From NCBI RefSeq assembly GCF_902713615.1, contig NC_052146.1, forward strand, positions 295,004,000 to 295,067,999: a stretch of 64,000 bases of DNA. Reading direction: 5' to 3'. The first letter of the stretch is position 1, and each line of letters opens with the position of its first letter. Made by a program: the position numbers and the translations under genes. Under the pieces are notes generated by a model. The model saw only the letters and a list, made by a program, of their open reading frames with translations, was not told where the DNA came from and made no database searches. Below are positions 1-11,600 of this stretch, in pieces. The DNA comes from Scyliorhinus canicula (taxonomy: Eukaryota).

Positions 1-447
1 TTCATTCCAGGGACCATTCTTCTGAACCTCCTCTGGACCCTTTCCAAGGCCAGCACATTCTTCTTTAGATACAGGGCCCAGAACTGCTCACAATACTCCA
101 AATGGGGTCTGATCAGAACATTAAACAGCCTCAGAAGTACCTCCCTGGTCTTGTATTCTAGCCCTCTCAACATGAATGCTAACATTACATTTGCCTTCCT
201 AACTGCCAACTGAACCTTCACATTAACCTTAAGAGAATCATGAACAAGGACACCTAAGTCCCTTTGTGCTTCTGATTTCCTAAGCATTTCCCCATTTAGA
301 AAATAGTCTATGCCTCCATTCCTCCTTCCAAAGTGCATAACCTCACACTTTTCCATATTGTATTTCATCTGCCACTTCTTTGCCCACTCTCCTAGCCTGT
401 CCAAGTCCTTCTGCAGCCCCTCTGCTTCCTCAATATTACCTGTCCCT
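1..447 (-). mobile_element. CR1-type LINE ORF2 fragment (RT C-terminal part)
   Basis: Reverse strand encodes degenerate CR1 motifs such as LQKDLDRL, KCEVMHFG and ALERVQRR; runs off the window start. Confidence 0.85.
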
Positions 448-1148
448 GGCTAGGTCATAGAAGGCAGAGATTAGCAATGAAAAGGTGCTTTTCTGATTGG
501 AGGGCTGTGACTAGTGGTGTTCCGCAGGGATCAGTGCTGGGACCTTCACTGTTCGTAGTATATATAAATGATTTGGAGGAAAATGTAACTGGTCTGATTA
601 GTAAGTTTACAGATGACACAAAGGTTGGTGAAATTGCAGATGGCGATGAGGACTGTCAGAGGTTACAGCAGGATTTAGATTGTTTGGAGACATGGGCGGC
701 GAGATGGCAGATGGAGTTTAATCCGGACAAATGTGAGGTAATGCATTTTGGAAGGTCTACTACAGGTAGGGAATATACAGTGAATGGTAGAACTCTCAAA
801 AGTATTGACAGTCAAAGAGATCTTGGTGTGCAGGTCCACAGGTCACTGAAAGGGGCAACACAGGTGGAGAAGGTAGTCAAGAAGGCATACGGCATGCTTG
901 CCTTCATTGGCTGGGTCATTGGGTAGAAAAATTGGCAAGTCACGTTGCAGCTGTATAGAAACTTAGTTAGGCCACACTTGGAGTATAGTGTTCAATTCTG
1001 TTCGCCACACTCCCAGAAGGATGTGGAAGCTTTAGAGAGTGCAAAAGAGATTTACCAGGATGTTGCCTGGTATGGAGGGCATTAGCTATGAGGAAAGGTT
1101 GAATAAACTTAGTTTTCTTCTTACTGGAACGAAGGAGGTTGAGGGGCA
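448..1148 (+). mobile_element. CR1-type LINE ORF2 fragment (RT)
   Basis: ORF 477-926 contains VPQGSVLGP, INDL, KFTDD and KCEVMHFG; stops and frameshifts downstream. Confidence 0.9.
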
Positions 1149-1159
1149 TTATGTTGAAG

Positions 1160-1686
1160 CATTATCACTAGCAGCCAGTAGGCGAACCCCTCTGCAGCCC
1201 CCATGGTGATGCATTACCAGCAGCCAATGGAGTGACCCCCCAGGCAGCGCCCATGGTGATACTCTACCACCAGCAGCCAATGAGGTAAGCCCCCAGCAGC
1301 GCCCATGGTGATGCACTATCAATCACCAGCAGCCAATGGGGTAAGCACCTAGCAGCGCCCATGGCAATGCACTGTCACCAGCAGCCAATGGAGTGACCCG
1401 CCAGCAGCGCCCATGGTGATGCACTATCACCAGCAGCCAATGGGGTAAGCCTCTAGCAGCGCCCATGGTGATGCTCTATCACCAGCAGCCAATGGGGTAA
1501 GCAGCACCAGTGGGGCATGCCCGCAGACACCCATGGTGATGCTCTATCACCAGCAGCCAATGGGGTAAGCCACCAGCAACGCCCATGGTGATGCACTATC
1601 GCCAGCAGCCAATGGGTAAGCCCCTAGCAGCGCCCATGGTGATGCACTATCACCAGCAGCCAATGGGGTAAGCCTCCAGCAGCCCT
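1160..1686. repeat. ~52-bp minisatellite (~10 units) in the HNRNPU promoter
   Basis: Unit approx. CAGCAGCCAATGGGGTAAGCCTCTAGCAGCGCCCATGGTGATGCTCTATCAC; units start e.g. at 1431 and 1483; nine CCAAT copies. Confidence 0.95.
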
Positions 1687-2660
1687 GCTGGAAAGGCGCC
1701 TGTTCCTGTAGCGGGCGCGCACACTCGGGGGTTTACGGTAGGAGGTCGCACTGAGTCTGCGCGGCGCGCTGCCTCGAGGAGCCGCTCGCTCGGTGGGTGC
1801 AGGGAGACGGAGCCCAGTCCCCGACTTCAACCATGAGCGACATCAACGTGAAGAAGCTGAAGGTGCCCGAGCTGAAGGATGAGCTGAAGCAGCGCGGCCT
1901 GAGCGTGCAGGGCCTGAAGGCCGAGCTCCAGGAGCGGCTGCAGGCCGCGCTCGACAGCGAGACGGTGGTGGAGGAGGCCGAGGAGGCGATGGAGACGACG
2001 GCCGCCGGGGAGAAGGGAGAGGAGGAGGACGGGCCCGGGCCGCGGAGACCCGGAGAACGGCGAAGAGGAGGAGGAGGAGAAGAAGAAGAAGAAAGAGGGA
2101 GGACGACGAAGAGGGCGGGAGCTGCCCGAGTCGCTGCTGGAGGAGGAGGAGGAGGAACCGCAGGTGGCGGGGGCAGACAAAGCCGAGGCCGAGGCGCCAG
2201 GCCCGGGACTCAACGGCGCTGCCCCGGCCGCTAGGCCGCTGCCCGAGGCGGCCGCCGCGCCACCACCGGCCGCCAGCTCCGCGGAGGCGGCCGCAGGCGG
2301 AGGGAAAAGCGAGGACGCCGAGGAGGAGGAAAACGGCACGGCGAGCGGAGCCGGGAAAGGCCAGGCTCCGGCCCAGGAGAGAGGGGAGAAGAGGAGACAA
2401 TGGAGCTGGGCAGCGGCGAGGCGCGGGCGGCCAGCAAACCGGAGGCGCCGCCTCGGGCCCAGCTCCCGCCCCGCAGCACTCCGCCAAAGGTTGGGCCTCT
2501 CTCTCTCTCCCCCCGCCGCCGGGCCGCACACAGGCCTCGGCCTTATTTCTCATTAAGTGCGGTTTTTTTTTTATTATTTAAACGGTAAGAGCCCTCAGGA
2601 CCGTGACTTCCGGCGCTGCGCCTGGATTGGCGCGGTGTTGGCATGGGGCGGGTGATGGGG
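1687..2660 (+). promoter_or_regulatory. CpG-island promoter / first exon region of HNRNPU
   Basis: Very GC- and CpG-rich relative to flanks; spans the ATG; ACTTCCGG (ETS-like) and ATTGG near 2606-2630. Confidence 0.75.
1833..2489 (+). CDS. HNRNPU: HNRNPU exon 1 (SAP domain + acidic/Ala-Pro linker)
   Basis: ATG in ACCATGA context. Coding sense moves across ORFs 1797-2234, 2164-2556 and 2400-2588 (frameshifts). Donor uncertain: AAG|GTTGGG after 2489 or ACG|GTAAGA after 2584. Confidence 0.75.
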
Positions 2661-5600
2661 GGAGGAGCTGCTCCAGCTGGCTCTCACACACTGAGAGACT
2701 GGATTTAAAATGGGAGAAGGGGGATGGCTGATTGTACAGGATGGGGAAGGAGGCCAGAGAAAATGGAGGGTGGAAATAATGCGAAGCAAAATGGAGTAGC
2801 AGAGGGAGCGAGGGAAGGGGGAGGAAGGGGGGGAGATTGGCACGTGGGAACAAAGATTACTTTGGCACCCGCTTCCCCCTCCCCATTTGCAATTGTATTG
2901 AGCATTTTTATTTAAAATGTTTACATTTGCATTGCGTGTTTCGACCTGGAATAATCATCCCTTTTTGGTAGACGGTACTGACCCTGAGGAGGGAGTGGAG
3001 GAAGGCAGTAGTGAAACTAAAGCAGGATGCCAAGATCGCAGAGGCTGGGTCTGTGTGCAGTTCAGGGCCAGAGTCGGTGGCAAAGGGGAGAGATCTGTCT
3101 GGTTGGTTAGGTGGGGGGTCCTCATTTTTAGCCACATAAGTTTGAGGCTTATCCAATCTTAGATTTCACCTACAAAGTTGTGAAGCAGCTGAGAGGGCTA
3201 AAGCTGGGTATTCAGTGCTGTATATGTGGGGTGTGAGCCTACATGTACCGCAGGATGTGTGTGACATTGAGCAGAGATGAGTTCTAGGTTTAAGGTGAGG
3301 ATTAGGTTTGTGCAGGTTCCAGGGATGACATTGGGGTGGGAAGATTAGCCACTCATGATGATCTCTGGATGCTGTACAGACGAGAGTCGAGCCAAGCAAA
3401 TTCAGAGCCAATTTAGGCAAATTCCAGGTGTTCAAAACCGTAGATTGAAAATGTAGAAGTTGGGGAAAGTTGGTGGCTTTGTGCAAGACTGTTTTTATTT
3501 TGTAGAATGGGTAGAGGTTGATGGGGTGTTGTGGGAGAGGCGAGTATACAGCTGGGAGACAGTGGTGTGTTTCTACTGCGTGGAAGCCAAAGGGTAGTTT
3601 GGGGTGGCATCCTAGCTGTTGAGGGTTCAGGTTGGAATTCCTTGAGTTGGTGGCGATGGGTTTTGAAGGAGGTACAGCATTTAGAGGAAGTGGGCCATTT
3701 TCAATGCTGGTTAACTTGGGGGGTAAACCTTGATATCACGTTTCAATCTTTGAAGAAGCATTCTAAGAAGAATATTAAAGTACTGATGTAGTCGAATTGC
3801 AGCACTGCCCAAGTAGCTCAAGTTTCAATTCTACAGTAGGAAAATTTGTAATAAAAAAAAGAACTATAAGCCTTTCTTCTTGTCTCTACATTGGTGTAAC
3901 ATTTCCTAGGTAGGTATACCGTGGTATGTTCATTCCATTTCAAAGTCGAAATACAAGAAGCAAGGTAGCAGTTCAGAAATCAGCTTGAAATTTATAATTC
4001 ACAATTAGGTTAGATCCCTCACCAACAAGTTAGCACCAAAAATATCAGGGAGAGTCTGTTATATGACATCGTCTTCCATTGCATCTCAGCAGCAGAGTAA
4101 CGTATTGTGATTCTGTGGTGCAACAATCCTGTAATTTATAAAGTAGCAATTCTTCCTGTGCAATGTGAGCAATGCCATGGGAGACCATTCACAAACAACT
4201 CAGCCGTTAGGCCGGGTGGACATACAATGACATTGGCTGTTGGATTGTAATTTTGACATATGACTGAAGGCAAGTGGACACGTTCCCAACTGAGAAAAGG
4301 CTTAACACAGTTGCTGCTGCCACAATCAAAATTGATTTGCTCTACCCAGATTTGAAGAAACCAGCAAAAATTAAACAAACTGTTACAGAATGTAAGGCTA
4401 CAGTGTAGCAGTCCTGGGATCAGTCAATGCAATATCGATTTGCAACCAGCTGCATCTTATTTAGGCTGCGTGGCTGCAAATTCAATTTTCTGGCATATAG
4501 ATAGCTGCAACACTCAAGTTTTATTTGGGGTAGCTTATTTTGTGTGACCGCTTTCAGACTTGGAAAAAAATGTTTTTTTAAGTACCCAGGCAATTACCCC
4601 GCATGCTGGAAGTCTTTGGAGGATCCCCATAATTCTGCTCAATTCACAGCAGGGTTCTGTCACTTTTTGTGAGCCAACATTTCATAATTGCCCAGTGACT
4701 GAGAACATTCAAAATAGTCTAGATACTGCAGTAGAATTGAAATTGGCAAACATTTTTCATGTTTGAAAAGCACAATTCCTAAACTTAAAAATAAGTCAGA
4801 AGTGGAAATGCTAGTTGTGCAGTTGAGTCGGGGTGTGTTGCCCAAGTGCTCTCTTGGAATATGTCCTGTTTAATTTTGATTTATTGGAATTTCGTTACAT
4901 TGGCTACAATTTTTAGGCGAAGAGGACTGATAGTCATCCTACAGCCTTGTGTTCCAAACTGGGCCAGGCATAGAGCAGCGTTTTGTATGTTTCATTCTGT
5001 GGTGAAATTAAAATGTTGGTTGATCTAACCATTTAAGCTGCCTTTAAATAGCTTGGTGCCTGCCGTGCTCTTTCTTCTCCATAAAAGTGTACTTTTGTGA
5101 TTTTAGTGCCCTACTGATTTTGAGCAGTGTTAACTAGGCAGCTGCTCCCAGGCTAACAGAGCAGGGGTTTCTTATTAATAGCCAAGAACAATTTCTAGAT
5201 GCAGCGTTGTGTGTCCCATTTCAATCTCCAATGACAGAATTGTCCTATTTATGTGCGGGGCGTTTCATCAGCACATTTCCACTGAGGAGTAATCCCTCCG
5301 TACTTCCTTATTCAAAGTGAAAGTGGTTTGTGAAAGACTTTAGGTGAATTCCCAATACTACTGGTCTCTGCAAAAAACAGTTTCATATTGATACTGTTTA
5401 TAAATGTAATTGCTTCCTGAATCCCCAGGCCTGGAGGAGGCAGTCTTCTGCCTTGCTCTGATTCTAACTAGCATGAATGCACAGTAAATTAGCACCTTAG
5501 CTCTTCCGTATGTTAACAAAATTTGCAACTTAATGTGGCAGAAAAAGAATTACAAACACATGGTGACTGGTGCATTGGGTCGCTCTTGCTGTAACGGCTA

Positions 5601-8600
5601 ACACTTGAGAGACTGGATAAAAGTCTCCCTTTGGAACTATATTAACATGTGCAGCCTTATACCTTTTCTGTGTGGGACCACAGTGTTTAAAATGTCCCTA
5701 AATCATTATTCTGGTTTAGAGATGAGTCTAGGACCAAAACATTGTTCTTGGTCAATTTTATTTCAAATAATTGCATGTTGATCAAAATGAAACGACTTCA
5801 GAGGAAACAGTCCCCTGAACTAGAGTCTGGTGAAGTTGAGCTGTTTATAAGGGCTGTGCTCCATGTTGATCAGTTTGCTGGGTGTGTAGAAACTTCACAT
5901 GGCTTATCTTTAATCCTTTCGATGAAAGTCTTGTAACAGTTTATGAATAATACAGTTCATGGGCTGATTACCCTCTCAATTGTAGAAGAGTATTATAGTG
6001 GTTAACATTAAGCCAATAAATTCTGTGTTGTGCTTTGCAGAAATACGTTCATGAATTACAATGAACCTCATTTGGAACAATTAAATTCCCATATATTTAT
6101 GAATTAAGCTGATATTTAACTTCTACTTTGTACATTGACTTTGATTTTCCACCCCTCCCCCAATTGCGTACAATCATTGTAATCTTGCATTTGAGCCAAT
6201 ATTGGTCAATTATAACTTGCTTTTCTCTTAGAAAAAGAGGGCCAGGCTGACCAGACAATGATAAGAGTAAAGAGCAAAATCGCAAAGGTGTAAAGAGACC
6301 TCATGAAGACCATGGACGTGGCTATTACGAGTATATTGGAAGAAAACAAATATCGGCGGTATGATTAACTTTATGTAATCAGTGCGTAGTAACTTGTACT
6401 GTTCTGTTTAGTACCAAAGCATTAACCAATATGTATGCCTGTTTCTAGGTCTAAATCTCCCCAGCCCACCCGTGGAAGAAGATGAGGAAGAATGTGATGA
6501 TACTGTAGTTGCTTTGGATACATGTACGTGATGTTAACCAGATGGGTAATGTTGTATTGTAAATGGGTGATGAGGCAGGAATTTGAACCACGAGGATCTT
6601 GTGAAGAATTGCTGCACAAGTCAAGTTTCGGATTATGGAGCGAGACCACACCATCCACAAACCCTCCTGGCAGTCACACTTTGCCATTGCTGTGTCCTCA
6701 CCCACCCCAAATTCAGAGTTTACCCAGGAGAGGCAAAAGCATTTTTCAGAAAGAGGTTCTGGGAAATTCTTCTCCAGGGGCAATGAGTCAAGTTCCACAA
6801 GCTTTTGCAACCCGTAATCTTATTATTCCTAACTGCTTTGAAATTCCCCATAATGGCTGGATATTTTCTCTCAGACTGGAATACCTGCTACGCATTGTTC
6901 TTGAACCTTCCTGTATTTTGTGCGCATACCTGTGAATTTAATTCGCTACTATCTGGCTAAAATAATGGAAACATTTCTCCAACGAGAGTAACTCCAACTT
7001 ATTGAGTATGCAAATAACCCATAGCCTGGCTACCAGCATGTTTGAGGCTAGAATAGACATATAATTTACACACAGCCTACATACTGTGTTCTTGTATCGT
7101 ATAGTTCTAAAACTTTGGTCTGAAATCTTCTTATCCATGGCCCTCATTATATTGCCCTTATGCACCTTCAATGACACATCAAACTATGGCCCTCAGTGCC
7201 TATCCTGTTTCATAAAATATTGTGTAGCTTCTATCGGACTGCCATATTCATTCATTAATTGATCACTTCCTTCAGATTAGTTGGGACAAATCATTTTTTT
7301 TTCTCTTCAAGGTAAACTACCTAGTAATTGCTAACCGTTCCAGCTGATTACGATCATATCCTTTATAAGACTGCAGCATCTTTCCTAAAGTTGATGTCAT
7401 ACTTAATAGATCTACAATTCCTAGTTATGACTTCTTCCTCCTCCTAAATATTGGAATCTCATGACTCCTTTCTGTCAGTTCGAACTAGCCGAGGCCTCCG
7501 AGCACTTAACCAGCTGAAGCACATCATTTCCATAATAGCTGTCATGTCCTTTCGCATTCTGTTACATGGCAACAAGTCCAGAAGCCTGATCAGCCTGAGT
7601 GTCTTAATCCTGTTTAAGACCCTTTCTGTTCACATTTAGAAGTACGGGTTAATACGTTGTTAGCATTATCTTCAAACAGTGGAAAACCTGCTGGGTGTTC
7701 ATTCGCACTTTGGGCATATCCTTAACCCTTAAACCTAACTCGGCTAGCTTCTAATGGCTGTGGTTGGTTCATAGAACATAGAACAGTACAGCCACAGAAC
7801 AGGCCCTTCGGCCCTCAATGTTGTGGCCGAGCAATGATAACCCCACGTAACCCATATCCCAACAATCACCCCCATTAACCTTACACTAGGGCAATTTAGA
7901 ATGGCAATCCACCTAACCCAGCACATCTTTGGACTGTGGAGGAGAAACGGAGCACCCGGAGGAAACCCACGCACACACAGGAGGACGTGCAGACTCCCAC
8001 AGACAGTGACCCAGCCGGGAATCGAACCTGGGACCCTGGAGCTGTGAAACACTTGATGCTAACCACCATGCTACCGTTCAGTACCATTCCGAAACACATG
8101 CTGTTCCAACATCCTTGGCCGTTCCATGAAAGCCTAAAGAGATCCTGCGTTATTGCCATTATTATACTAATGTTTCTGAATGTCATCTTTCAACAGTCCA
8201 AGGCAGCATCCCTTTCTCTTCAACTCATTTCTCCTCCAACCAAAGCATAAACTTGTGACTTAATAGCTATCGTGAGCTTCTAGTTTGATATTTAGGCAAG
8301 TCAATTATTTTAATAACAAGTTTTTATGTTGGGAAAACCCTTTGTATTTGCAACAGTTCAACTGACTTTAACCAGTAACGGTTTAGCAGATTTAAATGGC
8401 AATCATTTCCTCTTTCAGTTTTTCTGCCATAATGATTGCATAGTCGTATTAGTCCTTGGAAAAGGGAGGAAAATTAATGTCTACAAGCTTGTGTAGGTGT
8501 TAAAAATATCTACCGTGTGTTGCATTAATACTCCTAGAGCTCTAGCTTGGTTGCAGTTTAGTCCCTGAAAAGATCGGCGAAATGTTCTAGTCGTTACTCT

Positions 8601-11600
8601 AGTGTCACAGCTGTACTGGTTTTGTTGTAAAATGGGCAGTGAATTACTTAAATGGGTCCAACTTCTCCTTTTTTTTGCTTTTTTCACATTATAGCTTCTA
8701 ATTAGTTATCTAGTCATGTTATTTCCTTAGTTGGTATATAGTATTATCTTTTAGTATTACAGTGGGAAAATGACCTATGTCAGTTCCGCACACATGCTAG
8801 TCAGTGTGTACTATTATATTAGGTGGTTTTCATTAAAGTACTAACACATGTCATGTTCTTTTAAAGACAACTGCGATTTGCACTTTAAGATCAATAGAGA
8901 TCGTTTGGCGCAATGCCACTGACTATGGAAGGATTTTGCCTACCTTTGGGCTGGAGGTAGAGCTTCCTACGGAGTTACCAAAGGCAAAATCTGCTTTGAG
9001 ATGAAGGTAAATATCTTCAATTTTTGTAAGCAATGCTTTTTTAAAAGTCACAAATTTAGGATGTTATTGTCTGACTTCGACATTTGTCTTGACAGGTAAT
9101 TGAGAAGATACCAGTTAAGCATTTGCCACCAGATCAGACTGACCCACATGAAGTGAGGGTAGGCTGGTCCCTGGATTCCTATAGCATGTTACTTGGTAAG
9201 TTTACAGCACCCTATTTTCTACACCCTTTCTCGAATCCGTTTCTCTACCCCTCTACCCGATTCCCACTAACCGTGGGGAACATGCACAATCATTTCTGAA
9301 TGGAGTGCCTGAATTCTATCTAAGTGCCATTCCCCAAATCTGTTGGCCAACAGGCGTAAACATTGCTCAGTGTTGTGCGTAGCAAGCCAGCTGAATGCGA
9401 TTTGATACTATATGAAGGTTTCTTTTTATTGAGGGTGTAATAGGTGAGGAGAGGTTTTATGGTGAGTTAAAAGTAGCTTCCTTGCTAGTTACCCAGTCGC
9501 TGTGGACTTGGAACTATGTTGCAATGGTTTCAGTGACATTTTTCAAAAATGAAGCTGCTTAGTGAATGGAGTTGTCGTGTTATTTTGTGGAAAAGATAAA
9601 CTTTATGTGGGCAGTTTGATTAAATCAGGTTTTTAATATAAAAATCCAAACATGAAGTGCTGGGTGTATGTAGGTAGTGTAATGTGTTAGACACTTCCTT
9701 TCACTTGTGGGAGTTGGATATGGGCTCATACCAGACTAAATTAGAATCTTCCTCTGAGCTGACTCTGACAGTACTGTGTGAAAACATAGGCATTTTCATT
9801 CCAGTTCAAAATCAGATGTGCAGCTCAAAATTACCCCGACTTTGACATGAATTGGCCACACTGGCAGAGGAGGTGGAACATGTCCTACCCAGAGGAAAGG
9901 ATGCTTTTCTTTTTAGACAGGATTATGGGCCATTGAAGCAGCATAGAGAGTAGTTTGCAGCCCACGAAGTATGTTTTTAAGCTCTATGCTTTATACTCTG
10001 AAAAATAGAAAGGCAATGCAGCAGTGCTAACCACTGCACCACTGTGTCGCCCTGATAATTGCAAAATAATACAGTGGACGAGTGAGATTTGAAGAACAAT
10101 ATGAAGCTGAGTCAAGATTTTATACTTTAATTGCAGTTTCAGAACTAGTTCTGGCTTGCTTTGTATCAAACTAGACTGAGTGTTATCGGCTGAATACTGG
10201 AGAATTGTTGGAAAGATTCAGCACTGATGTCCCTCACCTAATGAAATGAAGTAGATTTGTATGCAGTAAGTTGCAGAGAATGTTGCATTTAGTATTTTCA
10301 CTTGTAAATGAAACTGCAGTACCTCCCACGATGGCTTAAAGGGAGTATAGTATGTAAGTGACCAATTTGGACTGAAGAATTCAATGTTTGATTCTCAGCC
10401 TGCAGTTGTAACCGATGCAAGGTGTTGCAATTTGGCCATGATGCCCTCTGCTTAGAGGTGGGTAAAGGAAAGAAAAAGACTTGGGGTGGAATTCTCCGCA
10501 GGGGGCCGAATTCGTGAAGGCCGTCGTGAACTCGGCCGAGGTTCACGGCGGCCTCGGAGCCCACTCCCCGCACCTAATTCACCCCTACCCAGGGGGCTAG
10601 GAGCGGGTCTCCGTCTTTCTCGGCAGCGACCTCGTCACGCCGGGAATGTGAAGTCATCCGCGCGGGTTGCCGGTTCCAACCCGCGCATGTGCGGATGACT
10701 TCATCACGCAGACGGCACGAAACCGCGCATGCGCGGTGGCCGTCTTTCTCCTCAGCCGCCCGGCAAGACATGGCGGCTTGATCTTGCCGGGCGGCGGAGG
10801 GGAAAGATTGCAGGGGGCGTAAAAAATGCTGGGGGGCCCTCCCGTGATTCTCCCAGGCCCCGTGGGGTGCGGAGAATTGCGCCCTTGGGTTTCTGCTTGT
10901 GATTTGATGGAAAGTGCAAGTTTGTGACCATTTGGTGAGAAGGTTATGATTGGGTTATCTAGGCTTCAAAAGCAATAATGTGCCACCTTGCTTGGCAATC
11001 TGAGCCCAAGTAGGTATATGTATTTGCAAGAAGAGAAAATTAGGGATTAATTGCTGCGGTTAATGCAGCAGATTTATATGTGAAAGAAACACTGAAGGAG
11101 TCAGAGAATTGGGAAATAATAGTACCTACGCTATAATACATTTCTGCATTAAATAATGTAGGTCATATATCAGCTTTAAAAGAATGCTTAAATGATGCAT
11201 TATATTAATGAAATAATTCTTAATCTGGTCTGCATATTAAAGGATAATTTGAACATCTGAGCTTGAGGGTCTTCTGGTTTCTACTTTCTGAATTTGTGTT
11301 CTATAAAACATGTTCTATAAAACTTGATATTATCCATATTATTTATCACATAAATGTTTTATAGTGTCAATCATCTTGTTTCTTAATTCACTGTCTCTCC
11401 CTGCGCCGAGTGAAACATTTTGAGCATCGATCGCTTGGTTAAGAGATTAGATTTATAGCTACCGGGAAAATTTACCAGACTTAGCTTTTTAATTCTTGGT
11501 AATTTTGCAACAGCCACTAGTTCCTTTTTTCATTTGACCCTCTTTGGCGCATCCCTGCCTTTACTTCCAATCACCATGCAAAGTAATGGCTGTGTTGCAA

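Noticed and set aside
1-1148. Head-to-head CR1 fragments as a twin-priming inversion
   Set aside because: The fragments cover overlapping homologous parts of ORF2 and differ in sequence, so they are separate insertions.
1160-1686. CRISPR-like appearance of the hairpin-containing repeat array
   Set aside because: Units are contiguous with no unique spacers, the context is vertebrate, and there are no cas genes.
1827-2553. Long minus-strand ORFs (234 and 236 aa) over HNRNPU exon 1
   Set aside because: Low-complexity antisense shadows of a GC-rich exon; no recognisable domain.
6522-6935. Overlapping ORFs and a GTGATGA C-box-like motif in HNRNPU intron 3
   Set aside because: No matching D box or terminal stem seen and no protein motif; the region looks like an old repeat remnant.
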